From an uncultured bacterium (GTDB lineage Bacteria > Desulfobacterota_D > UBA1144), in assembly GCA_913050325.1 (NCBI GenBank), contig CAJWZP010000001.1:1611-65610 (forward strand): a DNA stretch of 64,000 nucleotides, in the 5' to 3' direction. The notes beneath the pieces are model-generated. The model saw nothing but the letters and a program-made list of their open reading frames with translations. It ran no database searches and was not told the DNA's origin. Of this stretch, positions 61,770 to 64,000 are shown in pieces. Made by a program: the position numbers and the translations under genes. Position 1 is the stretch's first letter. The number at the start of each line of letters is the position of its first letter.

Positions 61770-63065
61770 ATGAAAAATATTAAAAATTCTAAAGCAGTAT
61801 TCGAACAAGCCATGAGGTATATGCCTGGTGGTGTTAATAGTCCTGTTAGATCATTTAGTGCAGTAAAAGAAGCACCAAGGTTTATTAAAAGATCATTTGG
61901 TGCATATTTGGAAGATATAGATGGAAATATATATATTGATTATATTTCATCTTTTGGACCATTAATTTTTGGACACGCAAGGAATGAAATATTAACTGCT
62001 GCCAAAGAAGCTTTAGACTTTGGTACTACATATGGAGCTTGCCATATGAAAGAAGTGAAATTAGCAAAGATAATTTCCAAATTGATGCCTTCAATGGAAA
62101 TGCTTAGACTTACAAGTTCAGGGACAGAAGCAACTATGAGTGCAATAAGAGCAGCGAGAGGTTTCACAGAAAAAGATAAAATTATCAAACTCGAAGGGTG
62201 CTATCATGGACATATAGATCATTTATTAGTTTCTGCGGGTTCAGGTGCTTCAACCTTTGGTGAACCATTTTCGAAAGGGGTGCCAAAAGATTTCATTAAA
62301 AATACATTAATAACTAATTACAACGACTTGGATGGTTTGAAAAAAATAATAATGGAAAATAAAAATCAAATTGCCGCTTTAATTATGGAACCTATTCCAG
62401 CAAATATGGGGCTAATACTTCCTAAAAAAAATTATCTTAATAAAGTTAGAGAAATTTGTTCAGAAAATAAAATTATTTTAATCTTTGATGAAGTAATTAC
62501 TGGTTTCAGAGCATCTATAGGTGGGGCGGAAGAGCTAACGGGTATAAAACCTGACATGTCATGCATAGGAAAAATAATTGGTGGCGGATTCCCTATTGGT
62601 GCATTTGGTGGTCGTGAGGAAATAATGAATCAAGTTTCCCCCCTAGGAGGAGTTTATCATGCTGGTACACTCTCAGGAAACCCAATAGCCGTTTCTGCTG
62701 GGCTCGAAACAATGAGATTGCTAATACATGAAAAAGAAAATTTATATAAAAAAATTAAGAATAAAGCTGTTAAGTTAAAAGAAAATATTGAATCTGAGAT
62801 AAATAATATTTCAATTAATCAGCTTGGTTCAATGCTTACAATTTTTTTTAATGAGAAAAAACCTGAAAACTTTGAAGATGTTAAGAAATGTAATTTTAAA
62901 AAATTTACAAAATTTTTTCAAAATATAGTTAATAAAGGTATTATGTTTCCACCATCACAATTTGAGACTGTTTTTATATCATCAGCTCATTCGGATGAGG
63001 ATATAAAAAAAACATCTGATATTTGTGTGGAAGCGATTATGTCTCTGGAGAATAAAAATAAATAA
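61770..63065 (+). CDS. hemL: Glutamate-1-semialdehyde 2,1-aminomutase
   Basis: PGGVNSPVR, SGTEATM, GCYHGH, FDEV.TGFR, GK.IGGG.P, GTLSGNP. Confidence 0.96.
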   Translation: MKNIKNSKAVFEQAMRYMPGGVNSPVRSFSAVKEAPRFIKRSFGAYLEDIDGNIYIDYISSFGPLIFGHARNEILTAAKEALDFGTTYGACHMKEVKLAKIISKLMPSMEMLRLTSSGTEATMSAIRAARGFTEKDKIIKLEGCYHGHIDHLLVSAGSGASTFGEPFSKGVPKDFIKNTLITNYNDLDGLKKIIMENKNQIAALIMEPIPANMGLILPKKNYLNKVREICSENKIILIFDEVITGFRASIGGAEELTGIKPDMSCIGKIIGGGFPIGAFGGREEIMNQVSPLGGVYHAGTLSGNPIAVSAGLETMRLLIHEKENLYKKIKNKAVKLKENIESEINNISINQLGSMLTIFFNEKKPENFEDVKKCNFKKFTKFFQNIVNKGIMFPPSQFETVFISSAHSDEDIKKTSDICVEAIMSLENKNK

Positions 63066-63252
63066 TAGTTGGTTTAAATTTTTTATTATAGGAACTGAGT
63101 TAGCAGGTACAATCTTAGCTGGTTTATTTATTGGGGATTTAATAGATAAAAAACTTGATACTAATCAAACTTTTACTATTGTAGGGATTGTTTTAGGAAC
63201 TTTGGCTGGTTTCGTTATTATGATAAAAATATTAAAGAAGTTTGGTAAATAA
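63025..63252 (+). CDS. AtpZ/AtpI (gene 1) family membrane protein
   Basis: G.E....I..G..IG..ID.K..T...F...G...G..AGF pattern, upstream of atpB. Start is uncertain (GTG 63025 or ATA 63058). Confidence 0.8.
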   Translation: MWKRLCLWRIKINNSWFKFFIIGTELAGTILAGLFIGDLIDKKLDTNQTFTIVGIVLGTLAGFVIMIKILKKFGK

Positions 63253-63257
63253 ATAAT

Positions 63258-63584
63258 ATGAGAAAATTTATTTTAACTAGTTCAATTTTTTTATTTGTCC
63301 TTTTTTCCTTGTCTTACCTTATTAAAATTAATATTTTAAGTTCAATTTTTTATGGATCTGTAGTTTCATTCTTAAATTGTATAGGGATTAATTTAGTAAC
63401 AAAAATGTTTTTAAATAGGAAAAAAGGGAAAATACTTGTTTTTTTAAGCTCTTTATTAAAAATAGCTCTGATAGCTTCTGTCACTATAATATTGGTTGAG
63501 TATTTATCTTTGGACTTGATTGGATTTTTAAGCGGTTTTAGTGTAATTTTAATTGTGTTTATTCTACTAATACAAGGTAAATAG
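63258..63584 (+). CDS. atpI: ATP synthase subunit I family membrane protein
   Basis: Four hydrophobic helices, G...S..N pattern, position between atpZ and atpB. Confidence 0.7.
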   Translation: MRKFILTSSIFLFVLFSLSYLIKINILSSIFYGSVVSFLNCIGINLVTKMFLNRKKGKILVFLSSLLKIALIASVTIILVEYLSLDLIGFLSGFSVILIVFILLIQGK

Positions 63585-63587
63585 GTT

Positions 63588-64000
63588 ATGGGTGCAGCTT
63601 TAGAACATGCTCAATGGACTGAGCTAATTGGTGTAAATGAATATGATCACGTAATAGGATCTTTAATTGTAATTATGTTCCTATTACTTGTTTCTCTAAA
63701 AGTTAGATCTAAGTCGACAGGAGAAAAATCTTTAGTGCCTAGTCAGAAATTTGGTTTGACGAACCTATTTGAATTTTTAACTTTAGATTTCCTATTAAAA
63801 TTATTAACTGATATTTTTGGAAGTGAAGAAAAAGCAAAAAAACTTCTTCCTCTTTTAGGCGGTTCTTTCTTTTTTATCTTTTTTTCTAATTTACTGGGAG
63901 TTTTTCCTGGTTTTTATCCTGCAACACAAAATCTAAACTCAACTCTTGCTTGTGCATCAGTAATATTTATTACATATAATTATATGGGCTTTAAAGAGCA
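63588..64000 (+). CDS. atpB: F0 ATP synthase subunit a, N-terminal part (runs off the window end)
   Basis: Not in the ORF track. Read from the ATG at 63588: ...LVPSQK...NLFE...FFFIFFSNLLGVFPGFYPATQNLNSTLA, matching the F.FI...NL.G..P....T.N.N.T motif. Confidence 0.92.
   Translation, partial: MGAALEHAQWTELIGVNEYDHVIGSLIVIMFLLLVSLKVRSKSTGEKSLVPSQKFGLTNLFEFLTLDFLLKLLTDIFGSEEKAKKLLPLLGGSFFFIFFSNLLGVFPGFYPATQNLNSTLACASVIFITYNYMGFKE

Overview
This is a very AT-rich (roughly 25-30% GC by eye), gene-dense bacterial chromosome segment made almost entirely of core housekeeping genes, with tiny or overlapping intergenic spaces. Contents in order: Rrf2-sufBCD, rplM-rpsI-ino1, a Na+/H+ antiporter plus atpF'FHAGDC, ClC, gshA, purB, PIN/TRAM-ispD-ispF-speB, sodA, ilvD, coaBC, HU, an RND pump, pyrE, a small patch of hypothetical genes (29.0-32.0 kb), nrdAB, mscS, argH, queF, hisBH, thiL, gltX, coaE, a three-gene acyl-CoA carboxylase, oppA, an RpoD-like sigma factor, tRNA-Gln, ispE, hemL and atpZ-atpI-atpB. 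The split atp operon, the gene set and the streamlining suggest a genome-reduced deltaproteobacteria-like (Dadabacteria-like) organism; this is inference only. I saw no CRISPR array, integrase, transposase or prophage gene. The most notable locus is the ribonucleotide reductase. Its R2 subunit has the Chlamydia-type class Ic (Mn/Fe, no tyrosyl radical) signature. It sits behind a promoter with two NrdR boxes and an unusually long, structured 5' leader that I cannot match to a known riboswitch. Other notable points are a circularly permuted DUF805 protein, a probable AUA start codon, many apparently leaderless genes, a short ATP synthase epsilon subunit and an uncharacterised large nitroreductase-like protein. 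All calls come from motif recognition by eye; no database search or folding computation was run.
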